A program made the position numbers and the translations under genes. Positions 44,338 to 52,698 of a DNA stretch of 56,999 bases are shown in pieces (positions within the stretch are counted from its first letter, which is position 1; the number at the start of each line of letters is the position of its first letter). Origin of the DNA: an uncultured Candidatus Saccharibacteria bacterium (GTDB lineage Bacteria; Patescibacteriota; Minisyncoccia; Phycocordibacterales; UBA9973); the NCBI GenBank assembly GCA_964520225.1, contig CAZFNV010000005.1, forward strand, positions 1 to 56,999, read 5' to 3'. Below the pieces are notes generated by a model. The model did no database searches. It saw only the letters and a program-made list of their open reading frames with translations, and had not been told where the DNA came from.

Positions 44338-45082
44338 TAAAGAAATCTTTATATCCCTGTATTAATACGGCAACTGCATATCTACTTCCTGTTTCTTCAT
44401 AGAATTTTTCATTATCAGCCAAAATACCTCCAAACAATCTCTGTATTGTAGATAGGAAATAATTTTTTACATCTTCTTTAATAATGTTCTCCTCTCCTTC
44501 CTCGCTAAATTCTACGGTCACCATGGGAAGCAACACAGCTGTTTCGACTAGCCTAAGGTAAATATCGTGGGTAGAACTTTGGAATGTAGCTACCTGATAT
44601 TGAAATTCGGCTAAGTCTATACCTGCAACAACGTCAACATCTCTTAGGTATTCAATCCAGTTTGAATAAGCGTCCTGAAGTAAAAGGGCAGACACGCGAA
44701 TAGACATTCCTGTTGTAGCTATAACCTTGTTTCCTGAGTTAGGTAAATCTTCGGTTTTATCTATCACTCCTTGTAGTTTTTTAAAATCATTCATCGATTC
44801 TATTAACTCATCAACGATGACATTATTTGGATCGGTTGTTGTTTTGTCGATCACAGAGATATAATGTAAATCCATCAAAGCCAACAGGGTTTGCTCGAGC
44901 TGAGTTTTTATTTCCTCGTCGTTCAAAGTGTTTATTGGCTCAAAATCTTCTTCGGAAACAAGAGAATTAATCCCCTGCGCAGAATCATTGCCATCTTTAT
45001 TCAACAAAAAATACCCGCCGAGTAGAATGATTACTATTAGGATTATTCCTGTTAGATTGTCTTTATTCATATTAATTTTCAT
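44330..45082 (-). CDS. Hypothetical anchored protein
   Basis: 250 aa with an N-terminal TM segment, in AT-rich DNA. Confidence 0.45.
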   Translation of the reverse strand: MKINMNKDNLTGIILIVIILLGGYFLLNKDGNDSAQGINSLVSEEDFEPINTLNDEEIKTQLEQTLLALMDLHYISVIDKTTTDPNNVIVDELIESMNDFKKLQGVIDKTEDLPNSGNKVIATTGMSIRVSALLLQDAYSNWIEYLRDVDVVAGIDLAEFQYQVATFQSSTHDIYLRLVETAVLLPMVTVEFSEEGEENIIKEDVKNYFLSTIQRLFGGILADNEKFYEETGSRYAVAVLIQGYKDFFNE

Positions 45083-45214
45083 TTAACGCCCCGAGAAACA
45101 AGAATAAAATTACTACTCAAACATATTGAAATTCTACAATAAAATGTTAGAATTGGCTAGTAAGAGTGTTTATAAATAAAAAGGCATAGCCAAAGCTATC
45201 CCTTTTTTCCTCTG

Positions 45215-45502
45215 CGCGAGCGAGCGGATTTGAACCGCCGACCTCTTCCGTGCACGTAATCCCTTATTTTCATAAAGGCGTGGACTATATCTTCACCATA
45301 AACTTTCGCTTTTAGGTGCTTTGGTATCTAGTCTCTACGGCGCCCCCGATACAAAATCGGGGTTCCCTCGGTATTCGCATACTCCGACCCTTGGTCGAAG
45401 GTTAGCCTTCACCGATATCCCAAAGAGTTTCAATCCGCCATTTCGGCGGAAAGCTGCAGTAAATCTACAGGGAAGCGCTCTAACCAGCTGAGCTACGCCC
45501 GC
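45215..45502 (-). tRNA. tRNA-Asp(GUC) interrupted by a group I intron in the anticodon loop
   Basis: Exon 1 (45502-45467) is GCGGGCG TA GCTC AGCTGGTTA GAGC G CTTCC CTGT. Exon 2 (45252-45215) is CAC GGAAG AGGTC GGCGG TTCAAAT CCGCT CGCTCGC G. Spliced, the loop is CUGUCAC and the discriminator is G73. Confidence 0.75.
45253..45466 (-). ncRNA. Group I intron (IC3-like, ORF-less, about 214 nt)
   Basis: P1 is CUGU|AG-auuua-CUGCAG, with a U.G pair at the 5' splice site. P2 is CCGCC-gaaau-GGCGG. P3 pairs CUUUGG with CCAAAG. The core CCGUAGAGACUAGAUACCAAAGCACCUAAAAGCGAAAGUUUAUGG closely parallels the Azoarcus tRNA-Ile intron core as I recall it (GUAGAGACUAGACGGCACCCACCUAAGGCAAACGCUAUGG). The intron ends in G. 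Confidence 0.75.
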
Positions 45503-46148
45503 GTATTTTTATATACTTTTCAAACTTTTCCTTCTTTCTCTCAAGAAATAAGGAACATCTACTATTATACATAATTTTGTATAAAATCAAAGAGTCTCCT
45601 GTACTGTATTTTAGGTCAAAACCTCCTTTCTTTTTTATTAGAGAACCACCTGCAATACCCATCCTCATCAATCTATCTTTAAGAGTGGCTAAAAATTTTT
45701 CACTCCCGGATGTAAAATAAGCACTCAACGTGAATGTTCGGCCTTTATTTTTGCAACCAGCCCAAACTCCCCCATCGCCATCAAAATATCCCCGAATAAA
45801 ATTCGATAAGAATTTGTCTGGAATCTTAGGTAATAATACTGTTTTACTTTTTCTCTCAGTCATACCGAGCCTCAGTAAATCTTCACACATTTCTTTACTT
45901 CCTATCTGTAGCCTATAAGAGGTTTTCCATTTTCCACTTCTTTTTCTTTTAGAAATAACGTGAGTAGAACTCACAGCAGTCTTAATCTTTTCCAATATAT
46001 CCTTGTCATTTATCTGCAAAGACCAAAACCATGTATCTCTCTTAGTATGAATCAAATTTCCATCTGCTATCAAAAAACCAAAAATATAGGCCATAACACA
46101 TGTCCATTGCTTGAAGAAATTTTTATTTATTTTTCGGTGTATAGGCAC
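45480..46148 (-). CDS. LAGLIDADG homing endonuclease (double-motif, free-standing)
   Basis: It carries two dodecapeptide motifs, YIFGFLIADGNL and IRGYFDGDGGVW. The 3' end runs 23 nt into tRNA-Asp exon 1. The start is either the GTG at 46148 or the ATG at 46094. Confidence 0.85.
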   Translation of the reverse strand: MPIHRKINKNFFKQWTCVMAYIFGFLIADGNLIHTKRDTWFWSLQINDKDILEKIKTAVSSTHVISKRKRSGKWKTSYRLQIGSKEMCEDLLRLGMTERKSKTVLLPKIPDKFLSNFIRGYFDGDGGVWAGCKNKGRTFTLSAYFTSGSEKFLATLKDRLMRMGIAGGSLIKKKGGFDLKYSTGDSLILYKIMYNSRCSLFLERKKEKFEKYIKIRGRSSAG

Positions 46149-46202
46149 ACTTATATTATACCTCGTGACAGGACAATATACTAACCACTATAATAGAATA
46201 TA

Positions 46203-46278
46203 TGGTGTCGGCGGGAAGACTTGCACTTCCGACACTGGGCTTATGAGTCCCATGCTCTACTACCTGAGCTACGCCGAC
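46203..46278 (-). tRNA. tRNA with CAU anticodon (elongator Met or Ile2), CCA encoded
   Basis: Reverse complement is GTCGGCG TA GCTC AGGTAGTA GAGC A TGGGA CTCATAA GCCCA GTGTC GGAAG TGCAAGT CTTCC CGCCGAC A CCA. The T-loop is unusual (UGCAAGU) and there is an A31/G39 mismatch. Confidence 0.75.
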
Positions 46279-46304
46279 ATAAAGCAAACTGCTTTACTTT
46301 ATTA

Positions 46305-46387
46305 GGGTGGCGTTACCACCGACTAAAAGCATGAGGACGGTGCGAGGCCGTAAGGCCGAGCCGTCCTTTCTACCAAGGCAAACACCC
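46305..46387. other. 83-nt GC-rich three-stem element of unknown class between divergent tRNA genes
   Basis: A closing stem pairs GGGTG with CACCC. Inside are hairpin GGTGG-cgtta-CCACC and hairpin GGACGG-tgcga-GGCC-gtaa-GGCC-gag-CCGTCC, which has a GNRA loop. Confidence 0.25.
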
Positions 46388-46406
46388 AAGAAATATATCA
46401 GAAAAC

Positions 46407-46435
46407 TTGAAAAAATCCAAGTTTTGATATATAAT
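46407..46435 (+). promoter_or_regulatory. Near-consensus sigma70-type promoter for the plus-strand CAU tRNA
   Basis: TTGAAA-N17-TATAAT. The -10 box ends 6 nt before tRNA position 1 (46442). Confidence 0.6.
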
Positions 46436-46441
46436 ACGGAT

Positions 46442-46512
46442 AGCGGGATAGAGAAGAGGCATCTCGTAAGGCTCATAACCTTAAGACCCACGTTCGATTC
46501 GTGGTCCCGCAA
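46442..46512 (+). tRNA. tRNA with CAU anticodon and an A1xA72 mismatch (initiator-like acceptor end)
   Basis: AGCGGGA TA GAGA AGAGGCA TCTC G TAAGG CTCATAA CCTTA AGAC CCACG TTCGATT CGTGG TCCCGCA A. The 3' end ...CCCGCAA parallels that of E. coli tRNA-fMet. Confidence 0.7.
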
Positions 46513-46527
46513 CAAGTTTAAGCTAAT

Positions 46528-47199
46528 CTATATATACCCGTAATTGCGAAAAATCTGCTCATATAGAGCTATGATCCTTTTAGCTTCGTGGTGTGAAAGC
46601 TCAAACGAAAGACCTTCATGGGCTATGCGGTTACGAACTGTATGCGCCTCCCAAGCGAGGCTGAGCCCACGCAATGTATCCTGATTCGCCATCTTGAGCC
46701 TGTCCCCCAGTGAATCCCCTTTAAACCCGAGGTCAACGGTCAAGTCTTCAAGCATCGAGTCAGCTTCGATGATAGCTAGCTTCCAATCGCTCGAACTCTG
46801 AGAAAAAAGATAAGTTAAGGTTTTATTCCAACGCTCGTTCTTGGACACTCCGTGCTCCTTCCTTAATTCTTCTTCTTGCTTACGTTTGTGCGCATACTCC
46901 ATCATTTCATGATGCAGGTGCTCGTGCTCCTTCTTCCTGATCTCAAACATCCGAACTGCGCAGTAGAAAATAATAGATATAAAAAATATAGACAAAATGG
47001 TCAACACTGTCTTGTAAAGTGAATATACCTCAGGGGTGGCTATGCGCATATAAACACCCTGGATAAAGCCAAGCCCTTGTCCGAAAAGGTAGTCAGGGTT
47101 CAGTAGATCAGATTTTAAAAAAGAAGCCCCTGACACAAAAACAAACAAAAAGAGTATAACCGCAAGTACTGATAGTTCAAAGGAAAATTCTTTTAGCAT
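46528..47199 (-). CDS. Hypothetical membrane protein
   Basis: 223 aa with two TM segments followed by a soluble helical domain. Confidence 0.45.
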   Translation of the reverse strand: MLKEFSFELSVLAVILFLFVFVSGASFLKSDLLNPDYLFGQGLGFIQGVYMRIATPEVYSLYKTVLTILSIFFISIIFYCAVRMFEIRKKEHEHLHHEMMEYAHKRKQEEELRKEHGVSKNERWNKTLTYLFSQSSSDWKLAIIEADSMLEDLTVDLGFKGDSLGDRLKMANQDTLRGLSLAWEAHTVRNRIAHEGLSFELSHHEAKRIIALYEQIFRNYGYI

Positions 47200-47224
47200 T
47201 TATTTATTTTAAAATAAACCAAAA

Positions 47225-48655
47225 TTAATGTATAGCTCTTTCAAAGTCTTTCCCTACTTCAAAAAGCGCGTCTTCGTGAAAATGCGGCGCCATGAACTGG
47301 ATTGAGAAAGGTAGCCCTTCTTTTGACATTCCTGATGGCAAGGCAATAGATGGCACTCCAGAGAGATTCGCTGGCGCTGAGAAAATGTCACACAGATACA
47401 TAGCCACAGGATCGTCCATCTTCTCACCTATTTTAAATGGCAAGACTGGTACGGTGGGAGTGAGTATCAAGTCCACTTCTTTAAAAGCATTCATTACCTC
47501 CTCGCGAACTTTCTCTCGAACTTTGAGGGCCTTGTTGTAGTACGCATCATGGTGCCCATGCGAAAGCACATAGCTACCGAGGAGTATCCTTCTGCGCGCT
47601 TCGCGCCCGAAGCCTTGACCCCGACTCTTTTTATAAACTTCAGTAAGGTTCGCACCCGGGGCGCTATAGCCATAACGTATACCATCAAAACGCGACAGGT
47701 TGGTAGAAACTTCAGCCGGCATTATCACATAGTAAACGGCTAGAGAATACTCAGCATGCGGAAGTTTGATATCCACTATTTCATACCCGGCTTTTTTCAA
47801 AAGCTCTAGAGAGTTTTTAAAATTTTCCATTATCTCTGGCTCGACACCTTTTTCGAAGAGATGCCACGGCACGCCCACCTTCTTGGGCTTTGAACTCTTG
47901 GAGCTAGGCCCTAGTTTTTTACGCAATTCCTCTGGCGCAGAGGTACTGTCTTCTTTATCATACCTAGAAAGTGTATTGAAAATTATCTCCGCGTCCCGCA
48001 CACATTTACCAAATGGTGACACCTGGTCTAGTGAGTTACCCATAGCTATGATTCCGTGCCGAGAAAGTGCACCATATGTCGGCTTGAGTCCAACAAGCGA
48101 ACAAAAGGCTGCTGGCTCACGCACAGAACCACATGTTTCCGTGCCGAGGGTAAGCAGCGCCATATCCCCCGCCAGCGCTGCCGCTGAACCTCCAGAAGAG
48201 CCCCCGGGTACTCGAGTAGGATCAATAGGGTTCCGTGCAACACCGTATGCGGAAGTCTGGTTAGAAGAGCCCATAGCAAATTCATCCATGTTTGTCCGAC
48301 CCAAGAACACGACACCCGCGTCCTTAAGACTTCGCACCACTGTAGCGTCATAAGTCGCCACATAATTTTCTAAGATCTTTGAACCAGCAGAGGCCTTGCG
48401 CCCTTCGATCAAAATATTATCTTTGAGCGCCGTTGGTATACCAGTGAGGATTGTGGCACTTCCATCAACAAACTTTTTCTGCGCGATTTCTGCTTGTGCA
48501 AGGACATCATCGAAAACTTCCAGATACGCATTAAGCTCAGGATTCTTCTCTTTAATCACTGTTAAATATGTCTGCGCTAATTCTACGCAAGTGTATTTAC
48601 CAGCTTTTAAGTCCTCATGCGCCTTTTCTATTGTTAATTCTTTAAGATTTATCAT
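47225..48655 (-). CDS. gatA: Asp/Glu-tRNA amidotransferase subunit A
   Basis: Amidase signature GGSSGGSAAALAG, 476 aa. Confidence 0.9.
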   Translation of the reverse strand: MINLKELTIEKAHEDLKAGKYTCVELAQTYLTVIKEKNPELNAYLEVFDDVLAQAEIAQKKFVDGSATILTGIPTALKDNILIEGRKASAGSKILENYVATYDATVVRSLKDAGVVFLGRTNMDEFAMGSSNQTSAYGVARNPIDPTRVPGGSSGGSAAALAGDMALLTLGTETCGSVREPAAFCSLVGLKPTYGALSRHGIIAMGNSLDQVSPFGKCVRDAEIIFNTLSRYDKEDSTSAPEELRKKLGPSSKSSKPKKVGVPWHLFEKGVEPEIMENFKNSLELLKKAGYEIVDIKLPHAEYSLAVYYVIMPAEVSTNLSRFDGIRYGYSAPGANLTEVYKKSRGQGFGREARRRILLGSYVLSHGHHDAYYNKALKVREKVREEVMNAFKEVDLILTPTVPVLPFKIGEKMDDPVAMYLCDIFSAPANLSGVPSIALPSGMSKEGLPFSIQFMAPHFHEDALFEVGKDFERAIH

Positions 48656-48927
48656 TACAGAATTTTTTTAACTTTCAAAAATCCGTCTTTCTGCGCAGGA
48701 AATTGCTCAACAATAGAATCTCGGGAGAAATTCCTATCCATAGGCAGGTCTTCGCGCCACACATTATATACATCAAGATTTGTATTAACATCCCCAACTT
48801 CCACAGATTCTATCTGCTTTACATAGCTAAGTATCCCCTCCATATCGTGAAGGAGTGATTCTTTTTCTTCATTACTCAAATCGAGCTTGGCCATCTCTGC
48901 CAACTTCTCAACATCTTGTATCTGCAT
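48655..48927 (-). CDS. gatC: Asp/Glu-tRNA amidotransferase subunit C
   Basis: 90 aa, overlapping the gatA start by 1 nt. LAEMAKLDLSNEEKE is typical of GatC. Confidence 0.8.
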   Translation of the reverse strand: MQIQDVEKLAEMAKLDLSNEEKESLLHDMEGILSYVKQIESVEVGDVNTNLDVYNVWREDLPMDRNFSRDSIVEQFPAQKDGFLKVKKIL

Positions 48928-48951
48928 AAGATGAGTATAGCAAAAATGAGT

Positions 48952-49842
48952 CTACCCTACCAGCGCCTTAATACGCTCTTCGGTAGGTGGATGTGTGGCA
49001 AAAAGGCCTGATACTTTCTGGCTAAAACTTTTTTTCTCACTGCCTGTTGGGTCGGAAATATATAAGTGCGCAATAGCTTTCGACTGGCGATGCATAGGCT
49101 GGCTATACTCAGATATTTTACGTAGCGCATTTGCCAAACCTTCTGGATAACGAGTGAGTAATGCACCAGATGCGTCGGCTAAAAATTCTCGCTTGCGCGA
49201 AATAGCGAGCTGGATAAGTGTCGCGAAAATTGGCGCAAGAATAGAAAGAATTATACCGATAAGAAAAATGACTCCGTGAGCCTTGTTATCGTTGTCTCGC
49301 CCGCCCCACATCAGATTGCGAGTAAAAACATCCGCTATAATAGAGACAAAACCCACCAAAACCACCACCACAGTGGAGAGTAGCATATCTCGGTTACCTA
49401 TATGAGAAAGTTCGTGCGCCATCACACCCTCGAGCTCCGCCTTGTTTAAAATCGCGAGGAGTCCCGTGGTAGACGCCACAACTGCATGGTCTTTGTCTCG
49501 CCCTGTGGCAAAAGCGTTTGGCGCAGGGTCATCGATTACGTAAACCTTCGGCATCGGAAGCCCGGCTGTGATTGCTAGATTCTCTACGCTAGTATAAAAA
49601 TCAAAATACTCTTCCCTTTTTGCCTCTTTAGCACCAGCCAGCTTGAGAACTATTTTATCTGAAAACCAATACGAGAAAAAGTTCATCAACACACTAAAGA
49701 CAATAAAGAAATAAAGAATTATTGGATCATTATAGTAAGCGCTGAAAGTCCAGCCGAGCGCTATCACCACTCCGAAAAACGTAGCCATCAAAGCCCATGT
49801 TTTCCAAACATTTTCAGACTGATGAGTATAAAGGTTAGACAT
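48952..49842 (-). CDS. htpX: M48 family zinc protease HtpX
   Basis: VMAHELSHIGNRD carries the HExxH motif. Four TM segments. Confidence 0.85.
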   Translation of the reverse strand: MSNLYTHQSENVWKTWALMATFFGVVIALGWTFSAYYNDPIILYFFIVFSVLMNFFSYWFSDKIVLKLAGAKEAKREEYFDFYTSVENLAITAGLPMPKVYVIDDPAPNAFATGRDKDHAVVASTTGLLAILNKAELEGVMAHELSHIGNRDMLLSTVVVVLVGFVSIIADVFTRNLMWGGRDNDNKAHGVIFLIGIILSILAPIFATLIQLAISRKREFLADASGALLTRYPEGLANALRKISEYSQPMHRQSKAIAHLYISDPTGSEKKSFSQKVSGLFATHPPTEERIKALVG

Positions 49843-50393
49843 TAGAACTTCACTTCTACGTTTTGTTGCGCAGCATCGTTGTCAGCAAGGTCAAAGAATT
49901 CCATCTTCGCAAAGCCGAACATAGAAGCTATCAGGTTTGAAGGAAAAGATTCTACTTTTATACCAAGGTCGCGCACATTTGTGTTATAAAATCTGCGGGC
50001 AGCCTGGATCTTGTTCTCGGTATCAGAAAGCTCGCGCTGGAGCTCCAAGAAATTCGTGTTCGCTTTCAAATCTGGATACGCCTCTGACACTGCGAATAGT
50101 GACTTGAGCGCGCCAGTGAGCATATTCTCGGCTTGCGCATGCGCAGCGGTCGGGCCAGATGCACTCATAGCCATATTGCGTGCTTCCGTAACTTTCTCAA
50201 AAGTGCCGGACTCGTGTGTTGCATAACCTTTAACCGTGTTTACCAGGTTAGGGATAAGGTCATACCTGCGCTTGAGTTGAACCTCAATATCTGCCCAAGC
50301 TTCCTTGGCACGATTAACTAAACTGACAAAGCTATTGTAAATAGACACCGCCCAAACTGCGAAAACCACAACTAGAATAATTAAATACATCAT
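49842..50393 (-). CDS. lemA: LemA family protein
   Basis: RYDLIPNLVNTVKGYA...AYPDLKAN...ARRFYN. Confidence 0.85.
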   Translation of the reverse strand: MMYLIILVVVFAVWAVSIYNSFVSLVNRAKEAWADIEVQLKRRYDLIPNLVNTVKGYATHESGTFEKVTEARNMAMSASGPTAAHAQAENMLTGALKSLFAVSEAYPDLKANTNFLELQRELSDTENKIQAARRFYNTNVRDLGIKVESFPSNLIASMFGFAKMEFFDLADNDAAQQNVEVKF

Positions 50394-50425
50394 TTTCGCA
50401 TTATAGCACAAAAACGAGAGTCAAG

Positions 50426-51328
50426 CTATTCTGCCTTTTGCCTTTCTGCTAGTGTCACCAAGAGTGGTGATGCAAGGAATAGCGAGGAATATGTACCAAA
50501 GAACATACCGGCTGAGAGCATAATAGCAAAATATTTTGTAGATAGAGGGCCGAAGAATACCAGAGCCATCAGTACAAGTAACACGGTGAGTGATGTGCTG
50601 ATAGAGCGCACGAAAGACTGATCCAAACTCCTGCCCACCACTTCGGCAAAATCTATTTTGTGCAAATTTACTTCTGCTTTTAAATTCTCACGAATGCGGT
50701 CAAAGATAACTATAGTGTCGGAAACCGAAAGCCCGAGTATAGTGAGTATTGCCACCACGAAAAGAGTATCGACTTCTGCACCGGTAAAGTGTGAAAGCAC
50801 TGAGAATATACCGACAGGTATGATTATATCGTGAAGTAGCGCGACTACAGCTATTAACCCATAACGCCAAGACGATACTGGCTCTGATACTCTACGAAAA
50901 GCAAACGCAATGAAGCATATGATCGCGAACGCCACAAGAATTATGGAGATAATGGCTTTGCGCGTTAGTTCTTTACCCACTGAAGGTCCGATAGAATTAA
51001 AAGATTTTTCTTGTAAAACATTTTCACCTCCATTCGAGAGCGCAGAAATCAGTGCATCATGCTCTGCGTCAGTTAGATCGCGCGACTTCACTATATAGCC
51101 CAGTTCCCCTATCGGCTGAAGTAAAACTGAACCAAAACCAAGTTCTTCTATTGAAGTATATAAGCTTTCTTGAGTCGGACGCTCTACTCCGTACTCGACT
51201 TCGGTAAGTGCGCCACCTTTGAAATCAATACCGATATTAAGCCCTAAAAACAGCACCGACAAAATAGCTAGTGACACTAGTGCCACAGATATACCGATAA
51301 ATATTTTTTTGTGTTTGATAATAAACAT
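50426..51328 (-). CDS. secF: Protein translocase subunit SecF
   Basis: GIDFKGG near the N-terminus, 6 TM segments, directly downstream of secD. Confidence 0.85.
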   Translation of the reverse strand: MFIIKHKKIFIGISVALVSLAILSVLFLGLNIGIDFKGGALTEVEYGVERPTQESLYTSIEELGFGSVLLQPIGELGYIVKSRDLTDAEHDALISALSNGGENVLQEKSFNSIGPSVGKELTRKAIISIILVAFAIICFIAFAFRRVSEPVSSWRYGLIAVVALLHDIIIPVGIFSVLSHFTGAEVDTLFVVAILTILGLSVSDTIVIFDRIRENLKAEVNLHKIDFAEVVGRSLDQSFVRSISTSLTVLLVLMALVFFGPLSTKYFAIMLSAGMFFGTYSSLFLASPLLVTLAERQKAE

Positions 51329-51331
51329 AAT

Positions 51332-52696
51332 TTATTTAGACACACCGCTACTCCATAAAAATCTAGTTACTTTATTTTCCCCTAGTCCGACTAAGAGCGA
51401 CAACAGTATTCTCGTAACGAAAAAGGCAGAAAGTATAGACACAGAAACTCCTATACCCAGAGTAAGAGCAAAACCTTTGATAAGCGGAGTTCCGAAAGAA
51501 AAAAGAATAGTCGCCGCCAATAGATTTGCAATACTTGAATCTCTGATAGCAAGCCAGGCACGTTCAAAACCAAAGGTAAAAGCATCCGCGACAACCTTGC
51601 CACTTCTTAATTCTTCTTTTATTCTTTCGAAAATTAACACATTCGCATCAACTGCAATACCTAAAGATATTATGAATCCAGCAATACCTGTCGCTGTTAG
51701 CGTAACTGGAATAATTTTAAAGATAGACAATACTGTAACAACGAAAACGCAAAGCGCAAGCGATGCCACCAAGCCCGGCAAACGATACCAGAATATCAAA
51801 TACGCCACCACCAAGATAAAACCTATCAAAGCTGCATACACTCCTTCATGGAGAGCCTTGTCGCCTAAAATAGCACCAATAGTTTGAGTAGAAACAAGTT
51901 CGATAGGCACAGGAAGTGCTCCAGAGTTGAGCCTGCCTACCAGGGTTCTCGCCTCGGCTGGATTAAAACCGCCAGATATAACAGCTTGCCCATTTGGAAT
52001 CTCCTCACGAACTACAGGTGAAGAAATTATCGAGCCATCTAGATATATTGCCACCATTCTACCTATGTTTTGTTTAGTAATTGTTGAGAAAAGTTTCGTG
52101 CCGGTATCGTCGAACTGCAGGCTGACTACTGGCTCGCGAGTATTTGGGTCAAACTCGAGTGTCGCCCTTTTTAGATACCTCCCTGTAAGTTCTGTAGATT
52201 TGAAATTGCTATCGATCACTCCGAGATCAATGTTGCCGTTGGCATCAGGCACAACCACCTTCTGCTCACCTTCTGGCACTTCTACTTTGAATTCTAAAAG
52301 TGGAGTCTGTCCTATCATTTCTATCGCTTCTGTCACATCTGTCACTCCCGGCAAGTCAACAATGAGTTGCTCTTCTTCGCCGGACACAAAACCAGCGCGC
52401 TTCACTTGCACTATAGGCTCTGACACGCCGAATAGATTGACTCTGCGTTCGATGACGTCACGAAGCGCATCCATAGACTCACCCACATCCACCTCACCGA
52501 GTGCGCTGACATCGGCCTTGTACACCAAATGCGTTCCCCCAGAAAGGTCAAGGCCTAAACGAAAAGGATAATCTTGGAAAAATGAAGACTCGTTCGCAAA
52601 GTTAGCATTTAGCCGAGGCTCGCTTTTATACACAAAAAACCCGAGGACGCCCCCCAGAATTACAAGTAGTAGTGCGGATGCTAATTTCTGCCTCAT
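51332..52696 (-). CDS. secD: Protein translocase subunit SecD
   Basis: LGLDLSGGTHLVY and the C-terminal RND-like TM bundle. Confidence 0.85.
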   Translation of the reverse strand: MRQKLASALLLVILGGVLGFFVYKSEPRLNANFANESSFFQDYPFRLGLDLSGGTHLVYKADVSALGEVDVGESMDALRDVIERRVNLFGVSEPIVQVKRAGFVSGEEEQLIVDLPGVTDVTEAIEMIGQTPLLEFKVEVPEGEQKVVVPDANGNIDLGVIDSNFKSTELTGRYLKRATLEFDPNTREPVVSLQFDDTGTKLFSTITKQNIGRMVAIYLDGSIISSPVVREEIPNGQAVISGGFNPAEARTLVGRLNSGALPVPIELVSTQTIGAILGDKALHEGVYAALIGFILVVAYLIFWYRLPGLVASLALCVFVVTVLSIFKIIPVTLTATGIAGFIISLGIAVDANVLIFERIKEELRSGKVVADAFTFGFERAWLAIRDSSIANLLAATILFSFGTPLIKGFALTLGIGVSVSILSAFFVTRILLSLLVGLGENKVTRFLWSSGVSK

Positions 52697-52698
52697 AA

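Noticed and set aside
45215-45502. Alternative identities for the intron-containing tRNA (Ala UGC with splice after U33; Tyr GUA read straight through)
   Set aside because: An Ala identity would need G3:U70 and A73, but this tRNA has G3-C70 and G73. A Tyr identity would need a long variable arm and leaves no 3' anticodon stem. The U.G pair in P1 falls after CUGU, giving GUC (Asp).
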